From assembly GCA_944386175.1 (NCBI GenBank), contig CALXAB010000004.1, forward strand, positions 900-64,899: DNA of 64,000 nucleotides, read 5' to 3'. This DNA comes from an uncultured Clostridia bacterium (GTDB lineage: Bacteria > Bacillota > Clostridia > TANB77 > CAG-508). Of this stretch, positions 28,092-37,420 are shown in pieces; position 1 is the first letter of the stretch; each line of letters starts with the position of its first letter. The position numbers and the translations under genes are program-made. The notes beneath the pieces were generated by a model, which made no database searches, was not told where the DNA came from, and saw only the letters and a program-made list of their open reading frames with translations.

Positions 28092-28862
28092 ATGAAAGCA
28101 TTAATTACGGGAGCATCTTCAGGAATAGGAAAAGACATGGCAAAAATCATGGCAAAAAAAGGATATGATTTAGCAATAGTAGCTAGAAATGAAGAAGAAC
28201 TAAAAAAATTAGCAAAAGAATTAGAGGAAAAAAACAAAATAAAAATAGAAGTAATAGCAACAGATTTATCTAATGAAGAAAATTGCAAAGAAATCCACAA
28301 AAAAGTACAAAATGTGGATATCTTAATTAATAATGCAGGATTTGGGGATTGTGGAAACTTTACAAAAACATCTTTGCAAAAAGAATTAAACATGATACAA
28401 ACAAATATTATTGCATATCACATATTAACAAAATTATATCTAATAGATATGAAAGCAAAAGGTAGTGGAAAAATATTAAATGTTGCATCTATCGCAGGAT
28501 TTATGCCAGGACCATTAATGGCAACATATTATGCCACAAAAGCATATATAGTAAAATTATCTGAAAGCATAAGAGAAGAATTAAAAAAAGAAAAATCAGA
28601 TATACAAATCAGCATTTTATGCCCAGGACCTGTAAATACAAATTTTAATAACATAGCAAATGTAGACTTTAAAATAAGAGAAGCAAATAGCATGGATGTC
28701 GCGAAATATGCTATAAACAAATTAGAACAAGGTAAATTTTATATAATTCCAGGAATAGATGTTAAATTAGCAAAAATAGGTGCAAAAATATTTCCCGCAA
28801 ACCTAGTTAGTAAAGTAACATATATGGTTCAGAAAAGAAAAATATCACAAGAAAAACATTGA
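28092..28862 (+). CDS. SDR-family oxidoreductase
   Basis: ITGASSGIG, NNAG, YxxxK (YYATKAY). Confidence 0.85.
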   Translation: MKALITGASSGIGKDMAKIMAKKGYDLAIVARNEEELKKLAKELEEKNKIKIEVIATDLSNEENCKEIHKKVQNVDILINNAGFGDCGNFTKTSLQKELNMIQTNIIAYHILTKLYLIDMKAKGSGKILNVASIAGFMPGPLMATYYATKAYIVKLSESIREELKKEKSDIQISILCPGPVNTNFNNIANVDFKIREANSMDVAKYAINKLEQGKFYIIPGIDVKLAKIGAKIFPANLVSKVTYMVQKRKISQEKH

Positions 28863-28902
28863 CATAATTAAACAGATGTTCTATAATAATACTGGTGGTA
28901 AT

Positions 28903-30120
28903 ATGGAAAAACAAATATTACATGTAGATGTTAACAATGCATTTTTAAGTTGGACAGCAGTAGAGATGCTAAAAAATGGAAGTAAAATAGATATTAGAGA
29001 AATACCTTCAATTATTGGAGGAGACGAGACAAAACGATCTGGTATAGTACTAGCAAAAAGTATGAAAGCCAAAGAATGTGGAATAAAAACAGCAGAAACA
29101 ATATATCAAGCAAGAATAAAATGTCCAAATATAAAAATATTTTCATCAGACTTTAAAATATATAAAAAATATTCAGAACAGTTATATAAACTCTTATTAG
29201 AATATACAGACAAAATTGAAAGATTTAGCATAGATGAATGTTTTTTAGATATGACAAATTATTTAATGAAAGACACATTATTAAATAAGGCAATAGAAAT
29301 AAAAGAAAGAGTAAAGCAAGAGCTAGGATTTACAGTAAATGTAGGAGTTGCTAATAATAAATTATTAGCAAAAATGGCATCAGATTTTACAAAACCAGAT
29401 AAAGTACATACATTATATAAAAATGAAATTCCTCAAAAAATGTGGAATTTAAATATATCAGATTTATTTATGCTAGGTAAAAAAACAGTTCCCAAATTAT
29501 ATAATATGCAAATAAAAACAATAGGAGACTTAGCAAAAGCAGATGTAAAAATATTAGAAAAAAAATTTGGTAAACATGGAATACAAATGTGGGAATATGC
29601 CAATGGAATAGATAAATCAGAAGTGAAATATATACCAGAAAAGCCAAAAGGAGTAGGAAACTCAATTACACTACCTCAAAACATCAATGACATAGAAAAA
29701 TTAGAAGAAATATTATTAGCATTAGCAGAGCAAGTATCATATAGACTAAGAAGATACGATTTATTAGCAAATACAGTAAATGTACAATTAAGAACAAAAG
29801 ACTTTGAAGACACAAGTCATCAAGGAAAATTAATGTCAGCAACAGCTTCAACAAAAGAAATATATACAAAAGGAAAACAACTACTAGAACAATTATACAA
29901 AAAAGGAATGAGTATAAGGCTAATAGGACTAAGAGTCGACAATTTAGTAGAAAAAGAACAATTACAACTTTCCTTATTTAATGAAAACAATAATGAAAAA
30001 CAAGAAAAATTAGATAAAGTGATAGATAATTTAAAACAAAAATATGGCTATAATTCAATAACTAGAGCAGGAAAAATGAATTTGCCAAATGGAATAATAA
30101 ACTTAAAAAAATTGGAGTAA
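28903..30120 (+). CDS. dinB: DNA polymerase IV (Y-family)
   Basis: ILHVDVNNAFLS, FSIDECFLD, VGVANNKLLAKMASDFTKPD; RBS GGTGG before the internal ATG at 28903. Confidence 0.9.
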   Translation: MEKQILHVDVNNAFLSWTAVEMLKNGSKIDIREIPSIIGGDETKRSGIVLAKSMKAKECGIKTAETIYQARIKCPNIKIFSSDFKIYKKYSEQLYKLLLEYTDKIERFSIDECFLDMTNYLMKDTLLNKAIEIKERVKQELGFTVNVGVANNKLLAKMASDFTKPDKVHTLYKNEIPQKMWNLNISDLFMLGKKTVPKLYNMQIKTIGDLAKADVKILEKKFGKHGIQMWEYANGIDKSEVKYIPEKPKGVGNSITLPQNINDIEKLEEILLALAEQVSYRLRRYDLLANTVNVQLRTKDFEDTSHQGKLMSATASTKEIYTKGKQLLEQLYKKGMSIRLIGLRVDNLVEKEQLQLSLFNENNNEKQEKLDKVIDNLKQKYGYNSITRAGKMNLPNGIINLKKLE

Positions 30121-30374
30121 TTAAAAAAATTGAAAATACTGATGTTCATGTGAACTTCAGTTACTAGATAATGGTTTTTTAAAAGAAAACCAATGAAACC
30201 CACTAGATGTAATAGTTTTGAATTACACAAAGTTTTTTAGAAAAATCTTGATATTAGAAAAATAATATAGTAAAATATAAGCGTAAAGTAAAAAACAAAG
30301 AAACAAGTAAAAAAATAAACATGCAATAATAAAAATAAAATAATAAAGGTATAAAGAAGAAGGAGGTAAACAAA

Positions 30375-32057
30375 TTGAAAAAATTACCATATGGAATAAG
30401 TGATTATGAAAGGCTAATAGAAAATGAATATTACTATGTAGATAAAACAAAATATATAGAAAAGCTAGAAAATATAGCAGAACCATATATAATGTTTTTA
30501 AGACCAAGAAAATTTGGAAAAACATTATTTACAAGCACGTTAGAAAATTACTATGACATAAAAAAAACAGAAAAATTTGAAAAGCTATATGGAGAAACAT
30601 ATATAGGGAAAAATCCAACAAAACTAAAAAATAGTTATCATATATTAAAATTCAATTTTTCAGGAATAGACACAACAAACGAAGAAACAACCATAAATGG
30701 ATTTAAAGAAAAAGTATCTATATCAATAGGAGGGTTTGTAGTAAAATACGGACTAGACTTCTATGTAAATCCAGAATTAACAGCAGAAGGATTATTAAGT
30801 AGTGTAATAGAAGCATTCAAAAATCAAAGGCAAGGAGAAAAAATATATATAATAATAGATGAATACGATCACTTTGCAAATGAATTACTAGGATTTAACA
30901 CAAACCAATTTAAAAGTTTAGTATCAAAAAATGGAAAAGTAAGAAAATGGTATGAAATATTAAAAGAAGGAACAGAAAGTGTAATAGACAGAATATTCAT
31001 AACAGGAGTAGCCCCAATAACATTAGATAGCTTAACATCAGGATTTAATATAGGATTAGACATAACGCAAGATAAAGATTTTAACGAGATGATGGGATTT
31101 ACGAAAGAAGAATTATTAAAGATAATGGAAGAGGAAGAAATAACAAAAAAAGGGCAAGAAGAAATAATGCCAATAATGAAAGAAAACTATGATGGATATA
31201 GATTTTCAATAAAAGGAGAAGAAAAAATATATAATTCAAATATGTGTTTATATTTCTTAAACAGATACTTAAGATTTGAAGAAGTACCAACACAACTAAT
31301 AGACATGAATATAGCAAGTGATTACAGCAAATTAGGAAAAATGTTAGACTTATGCAAAGGAGAAGAAAGAGAAAAAGTAATAGAAAAAACAGTATCAGGA
31401 GAAGGAATAGTAAGTGAAATAACACAAAAGTTCAACCCAGCGATAGAATTCACAGAAACAGATTTAATATCAATGTTATATTACTTAGGATATTTAACAA
31501 TAGCAGGAGAAGTATTCGAAAAACCAGAATTAAAAATACCAAACAGAGTAATGAAAGAAATATATTCAGAATATTTTATGCAAATATTAAACAAAACAAC
31601 AGAATTACAAATAACACAAAGTGATTATAACGAAATATTGCAAGAAATAGCAATAGAAGGAAAAATAGACAAAATAATAGAAATGTTAGAAAAATATTTA
31701 AAAAACTTATCAAACAGAGATTATATAAAATTTGACGAAAAATATGTAAAACTAATATTTTTCTGTATAGCAATGAACTTAAAAATATTTAGACTAAAAT
31801 CAGAAATGGAAATAGAAAGAAAATATCCAGACATATTACTAATACCAAAAGACCAAAGCAAAGGATATAAAGGAGTAATGATAGAATTTAAATACTTAAA
31901 AAAAGGAGAAGAAGAAAAGCTAAAAGAAAAACAAGAAGAAGCAAGAAAGCAAATAGAAGAATATGGAGAAATGGAAGAAATAAAAGAGTTAAAAAATATA
32001 GAAAAATACACAGTAGTAGCAGTAAATGACAAAATACATGTAGAAAATATAAAATAG
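30375..32057 (+). CDS. AAA-ATPase-like / PD-(D/E)xK nuclease family protein (AAA-ATPase_like N-terminus with PDDEXK_9-type C-terminus)
   Basis: TTG start after GGAGG; KKLPYGISDYERLIENEYYYVDKTKYI..FLRPRKFGKTL; C-terminal YPDILLIP..VMIEFKYLK. Confidence 0.7.
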   Translation: MKKLPYGISDYERLIENEYYYVDKTKYIEKLENIAEPYIMFLRPRKFGKTLFTSTLENYYDIKKTEKFEKLYGETYIGKNPTKLKNSYHILKFNFSGIDTTNEETTINGFKEKVSISIGGFVVKYGLDFYVNPELTAEGLLSSVIEAFKNQRQGEKIYIIIDEYDHFANELLGFNTNQFKSLVSKNGKVRKWYEILKEGTESVIDRIFITGVAPITLDSLTSGFNIGLDITQDKDFNEMMGFTKEELLKIMEEEEITKKGQEEIMPIMKENYDGYRFSIKGEEKIYNSNMCLYFLNRYLRFEEVPTQLIDMNIASDYSKLGKMLDLCKGEEREKVIEKTVSGEGIVSEITQKFNPAIEFTETDLISMLYYLGYLTIAGEVFEKPELKIPNRVMKEIYSEYFMQILNKTTELQITQSDYNEILQEIAIEGKIDKIIEMLEKYLKNLSNRDYIKFDEKYVKLIFFCIAMNLKIFRLKSEMEIERKYPDILLIPKDQSKGYKGVMIEFKYLKKGEEEKLKEKQEEARKQIEEYGEMEEIKELKNIEKYTVVAVNDKIHVENIK

Positions 32058-32420
32058 AAAGAATATGATAAAAGGACTAAAAATAATGAACTAAAATAAA
32101 CAATAATAAATAATAAAAAATAATACAAGAAAAGTAAAAATAGAATAAAAATAGAAAATAATTATAAAGCAAAAAATTTATAGCTATTTTTTGTTAGTAA
32201 AAAATTTTGTATAAGAATAACAAAAACAAAAAACTAAGCTTAAAAATAAAATTATGTCAACAATAACATATATAAATAAAAAAAAGAGAAATAAGATTGA
32301 AATAAGAATAAAAGAAAAATATAATAAAAGAAAAGCATGAAATAAACGAAAACAAAATAAATAATAAAATGTTTATAGTGGGCAAAAATCCAAAAGAGAG
32401 TTTTACTTAGTACCATTCAT

Positions 32421-32449
32421 AGTAGTACAATTACGTACTACTTTTTTTA
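32421..32449 (+). terminator. orphan rho-independent terminator in an ORF-free A-rich region
   Basis: AGTAGTAC-AATTAC-GTACTACT followed by T7. Confidence 0.6.
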
Positions 32450-32582
32450 TTGTAGTTGTATAAGAAAAATCGAAAATTTTACATATATAACAAAATCAGA
32501 ATTCACAAAAAAGGCATAAAAAACAAATCAAAAAGAAACAATATCAATATATAATTCACAAAAAAAGAAAGAGTGATAATAA

Positions 32583-33191
32583 TTGCAAAATTCATTTTAT
32601 AAAGATTCAATAGTCTTATTAGAAGGAGTAATAGCAGAAATAATGGCAAGACTAGATATAATAAGAAAATACAAAATAGTACATAATGATAGAGACCCAA
32701 TAGAATACATAACAAGTAGAGTAAAAACAGAAGAAAGCACAAAAGAAAAATTAAAAAGAAAAAAGTTACAAGTTAATTTAGAAACAGCATTAACAAAAAT
32801 TTATGATGTAGCAGGAATACGAATAATATGTGCATACATAGATGATGTATATAGTGTAGTAAAAATGTTAAAACAATTTAAAGACTTAAAAATTTTAAAA
32901 GAAAAAGACTATATAAAAAATCCTAAACCAAATGGATATAGAAGCTATCATATAGTATTTCAAGTGCCATTAGATATAGCAGGACAAATGCATCCAGTAA
33001 ATATTGAAATACAAATAAGAACAATTGCCATGGATTTTTGGGCAAGCTTAGAACATGAAATGAAATACAAAAAAAATATAAAAAACCAAAAAATGATAGG
33101 AGAAGAACTAAAAAGATGTGCAGATGAAATAGCCACAACAGATATAAATATGCAAGCAATAAGAAATATGATAAATGGCAAAGAACAGTAA
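32583..33191 (+). CDS. small alarmone synthetase (RelQ/RelP-type GTP pyrophosphokinase); start uncertain (TTG)
   Basis: DPIEYITSRVK, DVAGIRIICAYIDD, GYRSYHIVF, IEIQIRTIAMDFWASLEH. Confidence 0.8.
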   Translation: MQNSFYKDSIVLLEGVIAEIMARLDIIRKYKIVHNDRDPIEYITSRVKTEESTKEKLKRKKLQVNLETALTKIYDVAGIRIICAYIDDVYSVVKMLKQFKDLKILKEKDYIKNPKPNGYRSYHIVFQVPLDIAGQMHPVNIEIQIRTIAMDFWASLEHEMKYKKNIKNQKMIGEELKRCADEIATTDINMQAIRNMINGKEQ

Positions 33192-33274
33192 TGAAAAATT
33201 AAAAAGCATATAAAAAGGTACAAGAGGTTATAGGTGAATCCTATATAAAAACCTAAATATAATATAAAAGGAAA

Positions 33275-33958
33275 GTGATAAACTTGAAAGAAAAATTAAA
33301 AATATTATTAGCAGATGATGAAAAGGAATTATCAAGAGCAATTGCTACAATTTTAAAATATAGCAATTATGAAGTAGATATAGTATTTAATGGAAAAGAA
33401 GCAATAGACAAAGTAAAAGAAAATATATATGATTTAATAATATTAGATGTAATGATGCCAGTAATGGACGGAATACAAGCACTAAAAGAAATAAGAAAAG
33501 ATAATATAAAAACACCCATAATGTTATTAACAGCCAAGGCACAAATTGATGATAAAGTAGAAGGGCTAGACTCAGGCGCAAATGATTATTTGACAAAACC
33601 ATTTGATAAAAAAGAACTATTAGCAAGAATAAGAGCATTAACAAGAGAGCAAGAAGAAAATAAAGAAAAATATAAAATAGGTAATATAACATTTAATAAA
33701 GAAACATCAGAAATATCAAATAAAAATACATCATTACATTTAAATAATAAAGAATGTGAAATAATGGAATTTTTAGTAAAAAATCAAGAAAGAAATATAA
33801 CTAAAAAAGAATTAAAAAAACGTATATGGGTAAAAGAAAATAAAGACGAAAATATCGTAACAATGTATATATCATACTTACAAGAAAAATTTTTAGCATT
33901 AGGAGCAAACATAAAAATAAATGATAAAAATGGATATGTTTTGGAGAAAATATTATGA
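33275..33958 (+). CDS. OmpR-family response regulator
   Basis: ILLADDE, ILDVMMP, LTAK receiver; winged-helix C-terminus. Confidence 0.85.
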   Translation: MINLKEKLKILLADDEKELSRAIATILKYSNYEVDIVFNGKEAIDKVKENIYDLIILDVMMPVMDGIQALKEIRKDNIKTPIMLLTAKAQIDDKVEGLDSGANDYLTKPFDKKELLARIRALTREQEENKEKYKIGNITFNKETSEISNKNTSLHLNNKECEIMEFLVKNQERNITKKELKKRIWVKENKDENIVTMYISYLQEKFLALGANIKINDKNGYVLEKIL

Positions 33959-35166
33959 TAAAAAAATTGCAAAAAAAATTTATAATAATTTCAATGCTAT
34001 CAATTATATTAGTAACAGGAAGTATATTTGGAATAATAATAATAGAAAATTATACTAGAACAAATAAAGAAGTAGATGGAATATTAAATTTGATAGCAGA
34101 AAATGATGGAAAAATTCCAGAGTATAAACCAAGAAACGACGAATTAGCAGACATCATAACTCAAGAAACACAATTTTCCACAAGATATTTTACAATAAAA
34201 GTAAATAATCAACAAGAAATAATAGAAACAAACATGAAACATATTGCATCAGTGGGACAAGAACAAGCAGAACAAATATTAAAAGAAGTATTAGAAAAAA
34301 ATGAAGAAACAGGATACTATAATAATTACAGATACAAAATAATGTCAAATGAAAATGGAAAAACCATGATATTTTTAGACTGTACAATACAACTAAACAA
34401 TCTAAAAAAACTAATAAGTCAATCAATAATAATAATAACAATAAGTTTAATAATAGTATTTATCTTTGTATCAGTATTATCAAAAAAAGCACTAACACCA
34501 ATAATAGAAAATATAGAAAGACAAAAACAATTTATAACAAATGCAGGACATGAACTAAAAACCCCAGTAGCAGTAATAATGGCAAATGCAGACGTAATGG
34601 AAATGACATCAGCCGAAAATACTGAATGGATAAAAAGCATAAAAAAGCAAGCATCAAGACTAGATGTACTAATAAAAAGTCTATTAAATTTAGCAAATAT
34701 AGAAGAAAATAAACTAAAGACAAATTATACACAATTTTCCATAACAGAATTAATAAAAGAACAAATAGAAGACTTTAAAGCAATAACAAAAAATAGAACT
34801 ATTATATATAAGAAGAATGAAAATATTTTTATATATGCAGATATAAATAGAATAAAAGAATTAATAACAATTTTATTAGACAATGCACTAAAATACACAC
34901 AAGAAAATGGAAAAATAGAAATAAAAGTTGAAAAACAAGGGAAAAATGTCAAAATTCAATTTGCAAACACATGTGAAAACATAAAAAATATAAACACAAA
35001 GAAAATATTTGATAGATTTTACAGAGTAGACAAATCAAGAAACAAATCAAAAGAAGGATATGGTATAGGACTATCAATTGCAAAATCAATAGTAGACTCA
35101 CACAAAGGAAAAATAACAGCAGAAATAAACAAAGACAACATGATATGTTTTACAATAATAATATAA
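33955..35166 (+). CDS. two-TM sensor histidine kinase (HisKA plus HATPase_c)
   Basis: H-box FITNAGHELKTPV, N-box LLDNALKY, G-box GYGIGLSI; 4-nt overlap with the response regulator gene. Confidence 0.85.
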   Translation: MIKKLQKKFIIISMLSIILVTGSIFGIIIIENYTRTNKEVDGILNLIAENDGKIPEYKPRNDELADIITQETQFSTRYFTIKVNNQQEIIETNMKHIASVGQEQAEQILKEVLEKNEETGYYNNYRYKIMSNENGKTMIFLDCTIQLNNLKKLISQSIIIITISLIIVFIFVSVLSKKALTPIIENIERQKQFITNAGHELKTPVAVIMANADVMEMTSAENTEWIKSIKKQASRLDVLIKSLLNLANIEENKLKTNYTQFSITELIKEQIEDFKAITKNRTIIYKKNENIFIYADINRIKELITILLDNALKYTQENGKIEIKVEKQGKNVKIQFANTCENIKNINTKKIFDRFYRVDKSRNKSKEGYGIGLSIAKSIVDSHKGKITAEINKDNMICFTIII

Positions 35167-35181
35167 TTACCAATTTGGTAA
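35167..35181. repeat. 15-bp palindrome equal to the outer arms of the repeat family without the GC core
   Basis: TTACCAATTTGGTAA immediately after the kinase stop codon. Confidence 0.6.
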
Positions 35182-35240
35182 ATTTTTGACAATTAAAATA
35201 TTTTATTCTATAATTTACAAAAAGAGGAAAAGAGTGAATT

Positions 35241-36320
35241 ATGGAAATAAATATGAAAGATTTAAGTATAGAAGAAAAAATAGGGCAAATGATAATTGTC
35301 GGTTTAGATACAACAGATCCATATGCAAAACTTGAAGATTTAATAATAAAACATAAAGTAGGAGGAATTTTACTTTACAGAAAAAATTATAAAACATATG
35401 AACAAATGGTGAATTTAATAAATTATATAAAAAAATTAAATTCTATTAATAAAATACCAATTTTAATATGTATAGACCAAGAAGGTGGAAGAGTAAATAG
35501 AATGCCAAAAGAGTTTCTAAATTTACCATCAGCTAATGCACTTTCAAACTATCAAAACGAAGAGTTAATAAAGAATTCAGCTAAAATAACAGCAGAAATG
35601 CTTTCAAGTACAGGAATAAATTTGAATTTTGCACCAGTTCTAGATATAAAAAGATTTAACAATAATCATGCTATAGGAGATAGAGCATTTAGCGAAAATA
35701 TAGAAAAAATAAAAAAAGATACAACAATAATAATAAAAGAGCTACAAAATAAAAATATAATTCCAGTAGTTAAACACTTTCCAGGACATGGTTTAACATT
35801 AAGTGATACTCACTTTAAAATACCAGTTATAAAAAAGAAGATAAAAGATATAGAAAATCAAGACATGAAACCGTTTGAAGAGGCGATCAGACAAGGAGCA
35901 GATGCAATATTAATAAGTCATATGAAAATAAAAGATATAGATACAAAAAATCCAGTATCAATATCAAGAAAATTTATATGCAAATACTTACGAAAGAAAT
36001 ATAGATATAATGGAGTAATACTGACAGATGATATGAGAATGAAGTCAATGAGATTAAAATATGGAGAATATAAAGCAATACAAAGAGCATTTCAAGCAGG
36101 AAATGATATCATAGTTTTTAAAAATATAATCAATGATAAAATCTACGAAAAAATTCTAAAAGACATCAAAATGCACAAAATAAAACAATCAAGAATAAAT
36201 AAAAGTGTAGCAAGAATATTGAAAATGAAAGAAAAATATAAAATAACAGACAAAGAAATAGATATTGACAACAATTTAATAAAAAGAATAAATGACCAAA
36301 TAAAAAATTTACCAATTTAG
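35241..36320 (+). CDS. nagZ: glycoside hydrolase family 3 N-terminal domain protein (beta-N-acetylhexosaminidase, NagZ-like)
   Basis: IGQMIIVGL, IDQEGGRVNR, KHFPGHG. The last codons (..NLPI) and the stop lie in repeat copy 5. Confidence 0.75.
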   Translation: MEINMKDLSIEEKIGQMIIVGLDTTDPYAKLEDLIIKHKVGGILLYRKNYKTYEQMVNLINYIKKLNSINKIPILICIDQEGGRVNRMPKEFLNLPSANALSNYQNEELIKNSAKITAEMLSSTGINLNFAPVLDIKRFNNNHAIGDRAFSENIEKIKKDTTIIIKELQNKNIIPVVKHFPGHGLTLSDTHFKIPVIKKKIKDIENQDMKPFEEAIRQGADAILISHMKIKDIDTKNPVSISRKFICKYLRKKYRYNGVILTDDMRMKSMRLKYGEYKAIQRAFQAGNDIIVFKNIINDKIYEKILKDIKMHKIKQSRINKSVARILKMKEKYKITDKEIDIDNNLIKRINDQIKNLPI

Positions 36321-36340
36321 GGACGCATCCAAAATTGGAA
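36309..36340. repeat. GC-cored palindromic repeat, copy 5 (inverted orientation)
   Basis: TTACCAATTTAGGGACGCATCCAAAATTGGAA. Confidence 0.8.
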
Positions 36341-36374
36341 ATGTGAAAATTTTGTGAATTTTAGCAATCTACTA

Positions 36375-36402
36375 TTGACTTTGCTAAAATCAGGTATATA
36401 AT
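36375..36402 (+). promoter_or_regulatory. sigma-A-type promoter upstream of hsp20
   Basis: TTGACT, 16-nt spacer, TATAAT; embedded in the inverted repeat TTAGCAA-N13-TTGCTAA (36361-36387). Confidence 0.45.
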
Positions 36403-36506
36403 ATTACTGTAAAAAGATAAAAGTACTTTTAGTCTAAATTATTTTATATGTGCTAACTTCAAAGAGTGTCAACACATAAATATATTAATTAAAGGAGTTG
36501 ATAATT

Positions 36507-36923
36507 ATGATGATGATACCAAGAAGACATGATTTTGATTTATTTGATGATATGTTTAGAGACCCATTTTTTAATGAAAGTGAAAGTAAATTGATGAAAA
36601 CAGACATAAAAGAGAAAAAGGACAAATATATAGTAGATATTGATTTACCAGGATATAACAAAGAAGGAATAAAAATTGAAATTCAAGACGGATATTTAAC
36701 AGTACATGCAAAAGTAAATAAAGAAGACAAAGAAGAAGAAAAAGGAAAATTTGTGCGTAAAGAAAGATACATGGGAGAGTGCTCAAGAAGCTTTTATATA
36801 GGATATAACATAAAAGAAGAAGATATAAAAGCAAAATTTAATAATGGAACATTAACCCTTGAAATACCTAAAAAGGAAGATAAAGAAAAATTACCAGAAA
36901 AGAAATATATACCAATCGAATAA
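36507..36923 (+). CDS. Hsp20/alpha-crystallin small heat-shock protein
   Basis: AAAGGAG RBS 9 nt before ATG 36507; DIKEKKDKYIVDIDLPGYNKEGIKIEIQDGYLTV..GTLTLEIPK. Confidence 0.9.
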   Translation: MMMIPRRHDFDLFDDMFRDPFFNESESKLMKTDIKEKKDKYIVDIDLPGYNKEGIKIEIQDGYLTVHAKVNKEDKEEEKGKFVRKERYMGECSRSFYIGYNIKEEDIKAKFNNGTLTLEIPKKEDKEKLPEKKYIPIE

Positions 36924-36982
36924 TATGATGATTGGCGAAGAAGGACGGAATAAAAAAATAAACGCCCTTCTTATTTTTAGTA

Positions 36983-37252
36983 AAAAAAGGAATAAGAGTA
37001 AATGCAATATTACCAGGATATATAATGACACCAATGGTTGAAGGAATAGCCAATGACTCAGATAGTAACAATCCAGATGGAGTAGTAAAAGGAATTGCAA
37101 ATGGAATACTAATGGGAAGGCTTGGAACTATAGAGGAACTAGGAGAATTAGCCGCATTTTTAGCTAGTGATGAAGCTTCATATATAACAGGACAAGGATT
37201 TGTAATAGATGGAGGTTCAACACTTCCAGAAACAATGAGTGTTGGAGTCTAA
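36983..37252 (+). pseudogene. 3' remnant of an SDR (3-oxoacyl-ACP reductase-like) gene
   Basis: KGIRVNAILPGYIMTPM...GRLGTIEELGELAAFLASDEASYITGQGFVIDGG is only the C-terminal ~90 aa of an SDR. No N-terminal Rossmann part or RBS. Locally higher G+C. Confidence 0.7.
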
Positions 37253-37420
37253 ACATAATATTTTAAATTATGTATAAGACTAAAGATATTTTGAAACAGT
37301 ACATTTATATTGCTCTAAATTGTATTAACTAAAATTTATAAAAAATTTAAAAATAATATATTGTAAATAACTACCATATGATTTATAATAGTTATATAAT
37401 ATAATTTAGGAGTTACATAA

